A DNA stretch of 64,000 bases, taken from the sequence record DRR378314_685; one strand, 5' to 3'. Of the stretch, positions 18,895-29,196 are shown piece after piece. Position 1 is the first letter of the stretch. Each line of letters begins with the position of its first letter. The notes under the pieces were generated by a model. It did not search any database. It was not told the DNA's origin and was given only the letters and a program-made list of their open reading frames with translations. Position numbers and translations under genes: made by a program.

Positions 18895-21188
18895 TACTCG
18901 CCGCCGCTACTCATCTTTTCCGGCACCAGCGCCAGGTCCAACAGGCCCTGACCGCACGGGCGTGAACACATGCCCTCGCTGCCTTCAATCGGCGTGGTGC
19001 CCGGATAGAGCGCGCAGGAGCCGGAGCATTGTTGCGCAGAGCGGGGCGACACAGCCGCCAGCAGGGTCGCCTTCAACTCGTCCGGCGTCGCGTCCGGGTC
19101 GCGGGCCTTTAACAGGGCGAGCGCGGCAGAGACATGCGGCGCTGCCATCGATGTGCCCTGTTCGAAGGCGTAGTAGCAATCTTCAACAGCGTCGCCCGTC
19201 AGCGGGTCATAGCAATTGGTTGCGGCCTTGGTGGACAGCACGCCGTCCGGGCGACCATCGCCATTGTCATCACGCGTCAGATCCCCACCCGGTGCCAGAA
19301 TGTCGACTTCCGGACCAAAGTTCGAATAGGGCGCGATCACGCCGCGGGCATCGCCTGCCGCCACTGTGATGACGTTGGCGCAGCCGCCGGGCGCGTAGTA
19401 TTGCGTGGCGACACGGGCATTGCCCGCAGCGGACACGACGATCACGCCGCGTTCCGTGACGGAGTCGATGGCGTCTTGCAGAGAGGCCGGGCAGAATTCG
19501 AACAGGCCGATGGACAGGTTGATCACGTCCGCCGGATTGTCGTTCCAGATCTCGTTGCCTTCTTCATCTTCGGCCGGGATCAGCCCGCCCGCCCAGCGGA
19601 TGGCATCATTGATGTCAGACAGTCGACCGCCGCATTTGCCGAGTGCACGAACGGGAACGATCTTCACATTCCACGCACCGCCCGCAACGCCGGAGGCATT
19701 GTTGGTGGCTGCGGCGCCGATCGTGCCGGCCACATGCGTGCCGTGGAACGTGTCAGCGGCATAGGGCACAGACGGGTCACACAGATCGCCGGGGTCATTC
19801 GGGTCGCTGTCACGGCCATCGCCATCGTTGCCCATGCGCGGATCGGATACCATGTCCCAGCCCGGCGCGATGTTCGGGGAATCCTTGATGTCCGGGTGTT
19901 CCAGCTGCAGGCCGGTATCCACCACCGCGACGACGACGTCTTCAGAGCCTTCCGTTCCCTGACGGGTCCAGAAATCCTGAAAGCTTGAACCGCCAATGGA
20001 TTCGCCTTCGCCGGAGCCATTGTTCTGGAAGTGCCACTGCAAATCCCAGAGCGGATCATTCGGCGTGATGGAGGCATCGGTGATGACATCTGGCGTCACG
20101 CCCGTGCCGGTAGTCGGTGTATCCGGTGTGGGTTTGCGGGCGAACTGGTTCTCGAAAATATAGTCTTTCTCGACATATTCGAATTGTCCGGACTCGCGCA
20201 GATCTTTCACGATGCATTCTGTGGCCAGGACCGGGCTCGACTGTACCTGCATCATGTCCGGATTGTCGGGGCACTCCAGCTTGGCATCGACCGCGAGGAA
20301 ATTCTGCAGCGCGCTGCGTGGGGCGCGCTCAGGCGTGAACTGGGTCGGGCTCGCGCCATCCTCGCCAATCTGGATGACCATCTGGCCTTCGCGCGACAGG
20401 GCAACTTCGCCGCCCATGCCATATTTTGACAATGTGTCGAGCATGACGGAGTTCGCATCACGCTGCGCGGTGATTGCATCGCGGCTGATGACGGAGCGGC
20501 GCGCCAGTTTGCGGGCAGCCTTCTGCTCGATCACCGGGGCGGATTCCAATGAGCGTGTGTTCAGGGAACGGGTACGCTTGACCGGGGCTGGCTCTTTCGC
20601 GGCGGCTTGCTCCAGTTCGCGGGAGGCTTCCTCGATCTTCTGAAGGGTCTGCTCTCTGGCCGCGGGGTCCAGCTTGATTTTCGGCATCACGCGTGCGGGC
20701 TGTACCGTCAGGCTGCGTGTGGTGGAGGGCGCTGCGGGTGCGGGCGCTGTGATGGCGTCCATGTCTGCGTCCGGCGCGCTTTCCAGCGCGACCTCTTCCT
20801 CGGCGACCTCCTCAAGCGCTTCCGGGTCTTCCAGGAACAATGCGTCGTCTTCGACAACTGCCATCGCCTCGGCCGGCGGAATGTTTTTTGGTTTTGCGAT
20901 GATGGAGCCAATGGCGAACATCGAGCTGGCGCTGGCCGTTTCGAAATTCATGTCGTTGCGCACTGTGCCGGCGATTGCGCGATCTGCGATGTCGACGGCT
21001 TCCAGTGCGTTTGGTGACGATGGCTCGACAATGGTCCGTCCGCTCAGCTGATCCAGGGTCGAATCGGCCAGATCGCGGGCGCGTTCGAGACGCAAATCCT
21101 GTTGGTCGCAGGATGACAGGGCGAGCAGGCCCGCCATGGCTGTGCCGAGTGCCAGACCGGCTGGCTTAGACATCAATTTCCGCAGCAT
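18894..21188 (-). CDS. S8 family serine peptidase, probable lipoprotein
   Basis: Catalytic triad motifs VVDTG, HGTHVAG, GTSMAAPHV; AAGN oxyanion; LSSC lipobox. Confidence 0.93.
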   Translation of the reverse strand: MLRKLMSKPAGLALGTAMAGLLALSSCDQQDLRLERARDLADSTLDQLSGRTIVEPSSPNALEAVDIADRAIAGTVRNDMNFETASASSMFAIGSIIAKPKNIPPAEAMAVVEDDALFLEDPEALEEVAEEEVALESAPDADMDAITAPAPAAPSTTRSLTVQPARVMPKIKLDPAAREQTLQKIEEASRELEQAAAKEPAPVKRTRSLNTRSLESAPVIEQKAARKLARRSVISRDAITAQRDANSVMLDTLSKYGMGGEVALSREGQMVIQIGEDGASPTQFTPERAPRSALQNFLAVDAKLECPDNPDMMQVQSSPVLATECIVKDLRESGQFEYVEKDYIFENQFARKPTPDTPTTGTGVTPDVITDASITPNDPLWDLQWHFQNNGSGEGESIGGSSFQDFWTRQGTEGSEDVVVAVVDTGLQLEHPDIKDSPNIAPGWDMVSDPRMGNDGDGRDSDPNDPGDLCDPSVPYAADTFHGTHVAGTIGAAATNNASGVAGGAWNVKIVPVRALGKCGGRLSDINDAIRWAGGLIPAEDEEGNEIWNDNPADVINLSIGLFEFCPASLQDAIDSVTERGVIVVSAAGNARVATQYYAPGGCANVITVAAGDARGVIAPYSNFGPEVDILAPGGDLTRDDNGDGRPDGVLSTKAATNCYDPLTGDAVEDCYYAFEQGTSMAAPHVSAALALLKARDPDATPDELKATLLAAVSPRSAQQCSGSCALYPGTTPIEGSEGMCSRPCGQGLLDLALVPEKMSSGGE

Positions 21189-21392
21189 GTGAGATATCCC
21201 CGTGCGTTTCCCAAGATACTCCCAGCCTCTTAAGTTAACCCTTTAGCAAGATTATGACGAGGGTGGGGCATTGTCCAACCATAACCCGCTTCCGGGCTGA
21301 ACGTCGTGTCGGAATTCGGTTGCCTGCCTGTCCCAACGGCACGCCCGTCATGATGCTGGACATTTTCCGATGACGGGCCGAAGACAGATGAC

Positions 21393-22679
21393 ATGAGCGC
21401 AGGGCAAATGATTCCTCCAGACATGTCACGGCCAGACCGACGCGGTGCGTTCTTCCTTTTATTCTTCTCTCTCATGGCAATTGGCGCGGGCAATACGATG
21501 CTGATCGCAGCAGTCTTGCCACCGCTCACGCGGGAGATCGGACTGCCGGACTGGATGGCCGGCGCGGTGTTTGGTCTTTCGGCGCTGTGTTGGTCGCTGA
21601 TGTCTCCATTCTGGGGCGGGCGGTCCAATCGGTGGGGCAGGCGGCCCGTCGCGGCGCTTGGCCTTGCGGGCTATGGCGTCTCCATGCTGCTCCTCTTCCT
21701 GACAGGACTGCTCACCCTGACAGGTGTGCTGACGGGCACGTTTCTCATGTTTGCCTGCCTTGCCATGTCGCGGTCCATTTTCGGCCTTATCGGTTCCGGC
21801 ACGAACCCCGCCGCGCAGGCCTATGTTGCAGACCGGACCAGCCAGGCGGAGCGTCAGTCAGAAATCGCCTTCATCACATCCGGCTTCAGCGTCGGCACAG
21901 TGATCGGCCCGGCCTTCGCCGCGGCGCTTGTGGCCACGCTGGGCCTGCTCAGCCCCTTGCTGCTGACGGCGATCATCGCTTTCACCATGTCGGCCATGAT
22001 CTGGTTCCGCCTGCCGGAAGATCGCGCACCTGTGACAGATGCCACGCAGATTGAGGAAATACCGGGCGCGCGCGGCTTGTGGCGCTCCGGCCCGGTCTTG
22101 CCGTTTCTGATCTTCGCAGTTTGCCTGTCGCTGACGACCGGCGTGCTGACGCAGGTTTTCGTCTTCTCGGTGATGGACAAGCTGGGCGTGTCCGGGAAAG
22201 AAGCCGCGCAATTCACCGGGCCAGCCTTCACCGTGGGCGCGCTTGCCGTTCTGCTAGCGCAGCTCGTGCTGATCCCGCGCATGAAACTGAAGAACAAGAC
22301 GCTGATGTGGGGCGGGTGCCTGCCCTTGTTGGCGGGGGCTTTGCTGATGGTGTTTGCGCAGGATTACGCCAATCTGATCCTCGCCCAGTTCTGCATCGGG
22401 CTGGGGCAGGGGCTGGCGCGGCCGGGCTTTTCCAGCGGCGCGTCACTGGCTGTCTCGCCGCAACTTCAAGGCAATGTGGCCGGACTGGTGATCTCGGCGA
22501 ACGGCATGGGCTTTATCATCACGCCCTTCTTCGGCCTGTTCGTATATGAGTATGTCCATCCCCAGCTGCCCTTCCTGTTCTGCGCAGCCTTGCTGGCCTT
22601 CATGATCCTTTATGCGCGGTTCGGGCTGAAGGATGGCGTCGGCGAGCCAGATGAAGACGAGGCCGCCGACGCTCTTTGA
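21393..22679 (+). CDS. MFS transporter
   Basis: About 12 TM segments; motif A G.RSNRWGRRPV; AQAYVAD. Confidence 0.9.
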   Translation: MSAGQMIPPDMSRPDRRGAFFLLFFSLMAIGAGNTMLIAAVLPPLTREIGLPDWMAGAVFGLSALCWSLMSPFWGGRSNRWGRRPVAALGLAGYGVSMLLLFLTGLLTLTGVLTGTFLMFACLAMSRSIFGLIGSGTNPAAQAYVADRTSQAERQSEIAFITSGFSVGTVIGPAFAAALVATLGLLSPLLLTAIIAFTMSAMIWFRLPEDRAPVTDATQIEEIPGARGLWRSGPVLPFLIFAVCLSLTTGVLTQVFVFSVMDKLGVSGKEAAQFTGPAFTVGALAVLLAQLVLIPRMKLKNKTLMWGGCLPLLAGALLMVFAQDYANLILAQFCIGLGQGLARPGFSSGASLAVSPQLQGNVAGLVISANGMGFIITPFFGLFVYEYVHPQLPFLFCAALLAFMILYARFGLKDGVGEPDEDEAADAL

Positions 22680-24023
22680 TCAGTTTGTGCTGGAGGCGAC
22701 GCCGACAGCCGGGCTGCCCATGACCGCAGACAATGCCTGCTTTGTCGGATAGCCGTCTGCGACCAGTCCTTTTGACTTCTGGAAGGCCTGGAGCGCGCCC
22801 TTCGTGCGGCGGCCGGGAATGCCGTCGACCACGCCTGCATCAAAGCCGCGTGCGTTCAGCTCGGCCTGGAGGACTTTGATCTCAGCCACGGTCAGCGGAG
22901 TCAGATGGGTTGGCCAGGATGCGACCGGGCCGGTCTGGCCTCCCATGGCATCGCCTGACAGGCCAACCGCAAATGCATAGGAATCCGCATTGTTGTAGGT
23001 CTTGAAGGCCTTGAAATTGTTGAAGAGCAGGTATTTCGGGCCTTCTGCCCCGGCGGGTAGCCAGAGTTCGGCATAGTTCGCGCCGCCCGTATTGAATGCG
23101 CCGCCCCGTGCCGGCACGAGCCCCGCGCCGGACCAGGTTTCCACGCGGCGTTCATTGCCATCGGCCAGGCTGAAATCAAAGCCGGTTGGGGCCAGTACTT
23201 CGATGCCCCAGGGCTGGTTCAGCGTATAGCCGGAATTGGCGAGATAATTGGCGGTCGAGGCGAGGGCATCGGCCTCATTCTCCCAGATGTCCTTCTTGCC
23301 GTCGCCGTCAAAATCCTCGGCATAGGCAATGAAGGTGGAGGGCATGAATTGCGTGTGACCCATCGCGCCTGCCCACCCGGCGATCAGATCATCTCGGTCT
23401 GCATCGCCTTGTTCCAAAATCTTGATGATGGAGAGAAGCTCGCGCTCGGCGAGGCTCTTGCGGCGGCCTTCGACGGCCATGTTGGCGAGCACGTTCGGCG
23501 CATCGAAATTGCCTTTCACCGCACCAAAGCTTGTTTCCATCCCCCAGATAGCGACGATCGCTTCACGGTCGACATTGTAGGCGGCCTCCAGCGCGTCGAA
23601 GAGCGCGGGGTTTTCAGCAAGGCGGGAGGCACCGGTGCTGATGCGGCTATTGCTCATCGGGACGCGGAGATAGTCCCAGATCGGCTTGGCGAATTCGGCC
23701 TGGTCTTCAATCCCGGTCTTGGCAGGCTGGAAGGCGGAGCCCAGCCAGAGTTCCAGAGGCGAGATTCCAGATAGAACCGATTTCACCACATCGCGGTCAT
23801 GGCCCGCTGCGAGCGCCTTCTCGGAAAAGGCAGCGCGCCAGGCGTCCATACCGGCATGCCCGGAGGATGCGTATGTGATGGGGCCGGTTTCCGGCGCTGG
23901 AACGGGCGCAGGGCCTGCGATGGGCGGGGCAGCCTGTCCGGAACTCGTCGCACAGGCAGCGACCAGCGCAGTCATTGCGGCGGCGGCAATAATGTGAGAG
24001 CGCTTCAGCGCGATGAGGGCCAT
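22680..24023 (-). CDS. Lytic murein transglycosylase (MltB/SLT_2) with C-terminal peptidoglycan-binding domain
   Basis: AIWGMETSFG, WAGAMGHTQFMPS, DALASTANYL, DGIPGRRT; lipobox VAAC. Confidence 0.92.
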   Translation of the reverse strand: MALIALKRSHIIAAAAMTALVAACATSSGQAAPPIAGPAPVPAPETGPITYASSGHAGMDAWRAAFSEKALAAGHDRDVVKSVLSGISPLELWLGSAFQPAKTGIEDQAEFAKPIWDYLRVPMSNSRISTGASRLAENPALFDALEAAYNVDREAIVAIWGMETSFGAVKGNFDAPNVLANMAVEGRRKSLAERELLSIIKILEQGDADRDDLIAGWAGAMGHTQFMPSTFIAYAEDFDGDGKKDIWENEADALASTANYLANSGYTLNQPWGIEVLAPTGFDFSLADGNERRVETWSGAGLVPARGGAFNTGGANYAELWLPAGAEGPKYLLFNNFKAFKTYNNADSYAFAVGLSGDAMGGQTGPVASWPTHLTPLTVAEIKVLQAELNARGFDAGVVDGIPGRRTKGALQAFQKSKGLVADGYPTKQALSAVMGSPAVGVASSTN

Positions 24024-24134
24024 TTTTCCAGCTCCTGAAACTGCACGCTCATGACAGCGTGCATCCTTGACTCTTTGCATCGGATTCATTACCCGCTCCG
24101 CTTTCCAATTCCTTATGATCCACAGGCTAGGCCC

Positions 24135-24260
24135 ATGAAAGTCCGCTCGTCTCTCAAATCGCTCAAGTCGCGCCACCGCGACTGTAAGATCGTGCGCCGC
24201 AAGGGCCGCGTTTACGTCATCAACAAAACCGACCCACGCTTCAAAGCAAAGCAGGGCTGA
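24135..24260 (+). CDS. rpmJ: 50S ribosomal protein L36, type B (Zn-independent)
   Basis: [41 protein letters not shown]. Confidence 0.97.
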   Translation: MKVRSSLKSLKSRHRDCKIVRRKGRVYVINKTDPRFKAKQG

Positions 24261-24291
24261 CGTGAACATGAACAGGTAATGAGGCGGCACT

Positions 24292-24900
24292 ATGGCTGCT
24301 GAAATTGCGCTGTTCGATCTTGGGCATGTGGTTCTCGACTGGGAACCCTCCCGGCTTTACACGAAGATATTTGATACGCCGCAGGAATGTGATGTGTTCC
24401 TGTCGGATGTCTGCACCATGGCGTGGCATACACGGCATGATGCCGGCGTAAGCTTTGCTGACAATGCGGCTGAGCTGATCCGGCTTTACCCACACTATGA
24501 AGCAGAAATCCTCGCCTGGGGCCGGCGATGGATGGAAATGTTCGATGGCTATATGGATGGCACGGCTGAGCTGATCGCACGGCTGGATGCGCGCGGCGTG
24601 CCGCTCTATGCCCTGTCGAACATGCCGGCCGATCCGTGGGACGAGATGCTTGAAGCATTCGATGTGCTGCGCCGCTTTCGCCATGTCGTCGTGTCGGGGC
24701 AGATCAACATGATCAAGCCGAATGCCGACATCTATCATCACGCGCTGAAGATGATGGACGGGCCTGACCCGGATAAGGTCATATTCATCGACAACAGCCT
24801 GCCCAATGTCGAAGCGGCAGACGCGCTGCGCTTTCGGACGCACCATTTCAAGCATGCAGAAGGGCTCGAGCAGGCATTGGTGCAAGAGGGCCTGTTGTGA
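24292..24900 (+). CDS. HAD family phosphatase
   Basis: FDLGHVVLD, ALSN, KPNADIY, FIDN. Confidence 0.88.
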   Translation: MAAEIALFDLGHVVLDWEPSRLYTKIFDTPQECDVFLSDVCTMAWHTRHDAGVSFADNAAELIRLYPHYEAEILAWGRRWMEMFDGYMDGTAELIARLDARGVPLYALSNMPADPWDEMLEAFDVLRRFRHVVVSGQINMIKPNADIYHHALKMMDGPDPDKVIFIDNSLPNVEAADALRFRTHHFKHAEGLEQALVQEGLL

Positions 24901-24948
24901 CGGCCAAGAAAGCTTGTCGCGGCGCGTATGCGGCATAATATCGAAATC

Positions 24949-25479
24949 ATGATACGCGCGCTTTTTCTGGCAGTTCTGTTCCTTGCGGGGGCAGCGCATG
25001 CTGAACCCAGTGAAGACATGTTCGAAAAATTGCGCGCCGCCCCCAGCGACAGCGAAGCGCATGACGTTGCCATGGACATCTGGGCCTCGTGGATGGAGTC
25101 CGGTTCGCCAACTGTGGATGTCATCATGCAGCGGGGCGTGGACGCCCAAACGGGCGGCGATCTTGAAACGGCGCGGGCCTTTTATGATCGCGCCATATTG
25201 ATCAAGCCGGATTATGCTGAAGCGTGGAACCGCCGGGCGTCACTCTTCCTGATGGACGAGAATTATCCCGAAGCCCTGCGGGACCTGAACGAGACCTTGC
25301 GGCTGGAGCCCCGGCATTTCGGCGCATGGTCGGGTCTCGGCATCATGTTCGAACAGATGGGCTCTCCCAAGAACGCGCTTGAAGCCTATCGGGAGGCCCT
25401 GAAAATCTATCCGCGCATGCAGCAGGCGATTGTCGCAGAGAAGCGGCTGTCCAAGATCTCTGAAGGTCAGGGCCTTTGA
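24949..25479 (+). CDS. Exported tetratricopeptide repeat protein
   Basis: Signal peptide ending AHA; AEAWNRRA, LEPRHFGAW repeats. Confidence 0.87.
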   Translation: MIRALFLAVLFLAGAAHAEPSEDMFEKLRAAPSDSEAHDVAMDIWASWMESGSPTVDVIMQRGVDAQTGGDLETARAFYDRAILIKPDYAEAWNRRASLFLMDENYPEALRDLNETLRLEPRHFGAWSGLGIMFEQMGSPKNALEAYREALKIYPRMQQAIVAEKRLSKISEGQGL

Positions 25480-26414
25480 GGCGCATGATTACGGCCACCG
25501 CTCTCGGTCTTTGCGCACTTGGTACGGGCGCGTGCGTGACCAGCGCCGCCTACAAGAACAAGATCGAGTCCCAGCATCCGCCGATTGGCGCAACTGTGCC
25601 TGTAAATGGCGAGACGGTGCACGTGATCCAGGAAGGGGAGGCTGGCCCGCCTGTCCTGATGATCCACGGAGCCAGCGCGAATGCGCGCGAGTTTACCTGG
25701 ACGCTGTCTCCGCGGCTTCGCGACGAGCATCGCATCTTCATGGCTGACCGTCCCGGTCACGGGTATTCAGACCGACCGGATGGCGCGCACGACCTTGGCG
25801 TACAGGCCGAGCAGATGGCGGGCGTGCTCGATACGCTGGCACCGGGTGAAAAGGCCGTCCTTGTGGGGCACTCCTTCGGTGGTGCAGTCGCCTTGCGGGT
25901 CGCATTGGACAGGCCAGAGCTTGTGAAAGGGCTCGTCCTGCTGGCGCCGGTCACCCATGATTGGGGCGGCGGTGGTCAGGCCTGGTACAATTCGCTCGCT
26001 GCGCCGCCAGTGCTGGGCCCTGTGTTCAGCCAGCTGCCACCCCTTGTTGGCCCCGGCCAGCTCGCCGGGGGGATCACGAGCGTATTCGATCCTGCGCCCG
26101 CACCGGATGCCTATTCGGAAAAATCCGCCATCGGATTGCTGTTCCGCCCCAGGAATTTCCGCGCCAATGCACGGGATGTGAAAGCGCTGGAAGACCAGTT
26201 GGCGGAGCAGTCGAAACGCTATGGAGAGCTGGACCTGCCGATCACGGTGTTTTCCGGCAGCGGCGACACGGTGATTTCGCCAAAGCTTCATGTCGGCGAA
26301 CTCAAGAAACAGGTGCCTGTTGATCTCGTGATCCTGCCGCATGAAGGGCATATGCCGCATCATGGTGAGGGCGGCGCTGTCGCTGACGCCATTCGCCGTC
26401 TGGCCAGCGAGTGA
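25476..26414 (+). CDS. Alpha/beta hydrolase, probably exported
   Basis: IHGAS, DRPGHGYS, GHSFGG, GHMPHH; start may be ATG 25485. Confidence 0.88.
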   Translation: MRRMITATALGLCALGTGACVTSAAYKNKIESQHPPIGATVPVNGETVHVIQEGEAGPPVLMIHGASANAREFTWTLSPRLRDEHRIFMADRPGHGYSDRPDGAHDLGVQAEQMAGVLDTLAPGEKAVLVGHSFGGAVALRVALDRPELVKGLVLLAPVTHDWGGGGQAWYNSLAAPPVLGPVFSQLPPLVGPGQLAGGITSVFDPAPAPDAYSEKSAIGLLFRPRNFRANARDVKALEDQLAEQSKRYGELDLPITVFSGSGDTVISPKLHVGELKKQVPVDLVILPHEGHMPHHGEGGAVADAIRRLASE

Positions 26415-26468
26415 AACTCCGGCTAAGACGCGCCTTCTTTTTCGAACCCGATTCCCAAGGAGACTCTC

Positions 26469-26732
26469 ATGGACGACGACGCCTCGATCACCCATCTCAC
26501 CGAAGCGACCCGCGAGAAACTCCGCCAGACCGTCGCCAAGATCGAGCGTCTGGAAGAGGAGAAGAAAGAGGTCGCCGAGCAGATCAAGGAAATCTACGCC
26601 GAAGCCAAGGCGTTCGGCTTTGACACCAAGGCGCTGCGCCAGGTGATCAAACTGCGCAAGGTCGACAAGGCTGAGCGCGAAGAACAGGAAATGGTGCTCG
26701 ACACCTATTTGTTGGCCCTCGGCGAAGCCTGA
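26469..26732 (+). CDS. gapR: Nucleoid-associated protein GapR (DUF2312)
   Basis: IERLEEEKKE..E.IKEIYAEAKA.GFDTK.LR. Confidence 0.93.
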   Translation: MDDDASITHLTEATREKLRQTVAKIERLEEEKKEVAEQIKEIYAEAKAFGFDTKALRQVIKLRKVDKAEREEQEMVLDTYLLALGEA

Positions 26733-26774
26733 GCGGGTTTGCGTCCGGCGCAATAATCACCATATTCTCCGCTC

Positions 26775-27308
26775 ATGGGCCGAGATGTCGACGAACGCAA
26801 GAAACGTGCGGCGCTCCGCAAGCTGCGGAAAGCGGCGGCCTTGGCTGAGCAGGGCCTCGGCCCGCCGTTGTCCGATTGGGAAAAGCAATTTCTTGAAGAG
26901 GTCGAAGAGCGGATCGAGACCTATGGCTCCGCCTTTGCCGACCCGCTGAAGGGCAGTGATGGTGAAGCGTTGTCCAGCCTGCAGCAGATGAAGCTGAAGG
27001 AAATCGACAAGAAGGCCCGCGGCAAGGCGCGCTCGGGCTTTGGCGCGAAGAAGAAGAAGCCTGGTGGCTTCAACAAGCGACCGCCTCCGCGTGTGCGCCA
27101 GCTGGATGATGATCTCGAAGAGGATACGCCGCCGCCCGAGGCTGAAAAGCCGGTGCGTGGCACGCCGAAACTGGTTCGTGCCTCTGATCTGAAACCAGAC
27201 CCTCCCAAGGACACGCCGCCCAAGCCTGCAGAGGCGCTTGTTCGTCAGTCTGATCCTCCGAAGCGCCCGGCATTCCGTGTGATTGAGGGGGGAAAGCAGG
27301 GCGAATAA
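26775..27308 (+). CDS. Hypothetical charged protein with Pro-rich tail
   Basis: Open frame filling the gap after gapR; ends RPAFRVIEGGKQGE. Confidence 0.7.
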   Translation: MGRDVDERKKRAALRKLRKAAALAEQGLGPPLSDWEKQFLEEVEERIETYGSAFADPLKGSDGEALSSLQQMKLKEIDKKARGKARSGFGAKKKKPGGFNKRPPPRVRQLDDDLEEDTPPPEAEKPVRGTPKLVRASDLKPDPPKDTPPKPAEALVRQSDPPKRPAFRVIEGGKQGE

Positions 27309-27370
27309 ACCCATTTGTCCTGTCTGTGCGTATAGTTTTCTGAAGATCCGACATTGGAAGGATATCCCGC

Positions 27371-28231
27371 ATGAAGACTGTCGTAATCACCGGCGCATCC
27401 ACCGGCATTGGTGCCGCTGCCGCGCTCTATCTTGCCAAGCATGGCTGGTGCGTCTTTGCGGGCGTGCGAAAGCAGGCAGATGCCGATGCGCTGAGCGCGC
27501 GGTCAGAAGGCGACATTCGCCCTCTGATTCTGGACGTTACCAAACAGGACCAGGTTGACGCTGCGGTGGAGACTGTATCAGAATTCCTGAAAGGGCAGAC
27601 GCTGACCGGGCTCATCAACAATGCCGGCATCGCGAACATGGGCCCGCTTGCGATCCAGCCTCTGGATGATTTCAAGGCGCATTTCGAGGTGAACGTCTTC
27701 GGCCTGTTGCGCGCCTCGCAGGCGTTTGCGCCGCTGCTGGGCATGGACAAGGCACGGACTGGCGCGCCCGGCCGGATCATCAACATCACAAGCGTCGGCG
27801 GCCGCATCTCTGCGCCATTCCTCGGGGCCTATACTGCCACAAAGCATGCGGTCGAGGCGATGACGGATTCCCTGCGCCGGGAGCTTGTCATCTTCGGCAT
27901 CGATGCCATCGCCATTGGGCCGGGTTCTGTGAAGACGCCGATCTGGGACAAGGCCGAGGAAGCAAATTCCGATGGTCCGTATTCCGGAAGCGCATGGTCA
28001 GAGGCATTGGAAAAATTCGAGCAGGTCATGCTGAAGGGGGGACGCGATGGCCTGCCTCCGGAACAGATCGCCAAGGTGATCGAGATCGCGCTGGACGACG
28101 CGACACCGCGCGCAAGATATGCGCCCGTGCCGAACAAGTTGACCAATTGGTACATCCCGAACCTGTTGCCCAAGCGTATGTTGGACGGTGTGTTCTGGAA
28201 GCGCTTTGGACTGTCCAAGCCGGACAAGTAA
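27371..28231 (+). CDS. SDR family oxidoreductase
   Basis: TGASTGIG, NNAG, YTATK. Confidence 0.92.
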   Translation: MKTVVITGASTGIGAAAALYLAKHGWCVFAGVRKQADADALSARSEGDIRPLILDVTKQDQVDAAVETVSEFLKGQTLTGLINNAGIANMGPLAIQPLDDFKAHFEVNVFGLLRASQAFAPLLGMDKARTGAPGRIINITSVGGRISAPFLGAYTATKHAVEAMTDSLRRELVIFGIDAIAIGPGSVKTPIWDKAEEANSDGPYSGSAWSEALEKFEQVMLKGGRDGLPPEQIAKVIEIALDDATPRARYAPVPNKLTNWYIPNLLPKRMLDGVFWKRFGLSKPDK

Positions 28232-28308
28232 ATTTTCCCGCAGGCATTGACGAACCGCGGGGAAAGGGCGCGCATTCTCCTGAAAAACAAAACGGGAGGA
28301 ATACGCAT

Positions 28309-29181
28309 ATGGCCAATCTGGACGGCAAGGTTGCCATCATCACAGGCGGTGCCAGCGGCATCGGCCTGGCGGGGGTCGAAACATTTGTGGCCGCCGGCGC
28401 GAAAGTGGTCGCTGGCGATATTCAGGACGAAAAGGGCCAGGCGCTGCAAACGCGGTTCGGCGATGACAAGGTTCTGTTCGCTCACTGTGACGTCACCGAC
28501 ATGGCCCAGCTCGAAGGCATTATGGGTACGGCCGTTGATCACTTTGGCCGGCTCGACATCCTCTGGAACAATGCCGGGCATGGCGGCACGCCCGACCCGA
28601 TCGAAGAGCTGGACCTGGACGCCTATGACCAGACCATGTCGCTCTTGTTGAAACAGGTTTTTGCGGGCACGAAATTCGCGGTTCCGTACATGAAGGAAAA
28701 TGGCGGCTCTATCATCAACACGTCGTCCATCAGCGCCGTCTGCGCAGGCTATGCGCCGATCACCTATTCTGTCGCCAAGAAGGGCGTGGCGCATTTTTCG
28801 AAACTGGCTGCGGCGGAGCTGTCCAAGTACGGCATTCGCGTGAACGCGGTCCTGCCGGGTTTCATCGCTACATCCATCTTTGGCGCATCGCTTGGTTTGC
28901 CGCGCGAACAGGCCGACCAGATGGCGGCCATGCTGGTCGAGGCGGGCGGCAGCATGCAGCCGGCCGGACGGGTTGGTAAGGGTGAGGACATTGCCGAGAT
29001 GGCGGCGTTCCTCGCATCTGATGCGGCGAGTTTCGTCACCGGAGGTGAGTTCCTGGTGGATGGCGGCATGACGGTTGGCCCGCGCCACTCCTGGGACGAA
29101 TCAGCTGGCGGGCCACTTCTGGATGCGCTGGGCATCACGCCGGAGCAAGCTGAACAGATGCGCGCCCAGATGGGCAATTGA
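28309..29181 (+). CDS. SDR family oxidoreductase
   Basis: TGGASGIG, NNAG, YSVAK, VDGG; GGAGG RBS. Confidence 0.92.
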   Translation: MANLDGKVAIITGGASGIGLAGVETFVAAGAKVVAGDIQDEKGQALQTRFGDDKVLFAHCDVTDMAQLEGIMGTAVDHFGRLDILWNNAGHGGTPDPIEELDLDAYDQTMSLLLKQVFAGTKFAVPYMKENGGSIINTSSISAVCAGYAPITYSVAKKGVAHFSKLAAAELSKYGIRVNAVLPGFIATSIFGASLGLPREQADQMAAMLVEAGGSMQPAGRVGKGEDIAEMAAFLASDAASFVTGGEFLVDGGMTVGPRHSWDESAGGPLLDALGITPEQAEQMRAQMGN

Positions 29182-29196
29182 TGCCTGCCCGAGGCG

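Noticed and set aside
24135-24260. Zn-free L36 as part of the zinc-starvation response
   Set aside because: Type-B L36 is the usual form in alphaproteobacteria and I saw no Zur-like box upstream
27829-29088. Long antisense ORFs (this one, also 25767-26753, 43239-44225, 57690-58694)
   Set aside because: Typical high-GC shadow frames opposite well-supported genes; no motifs or RBS
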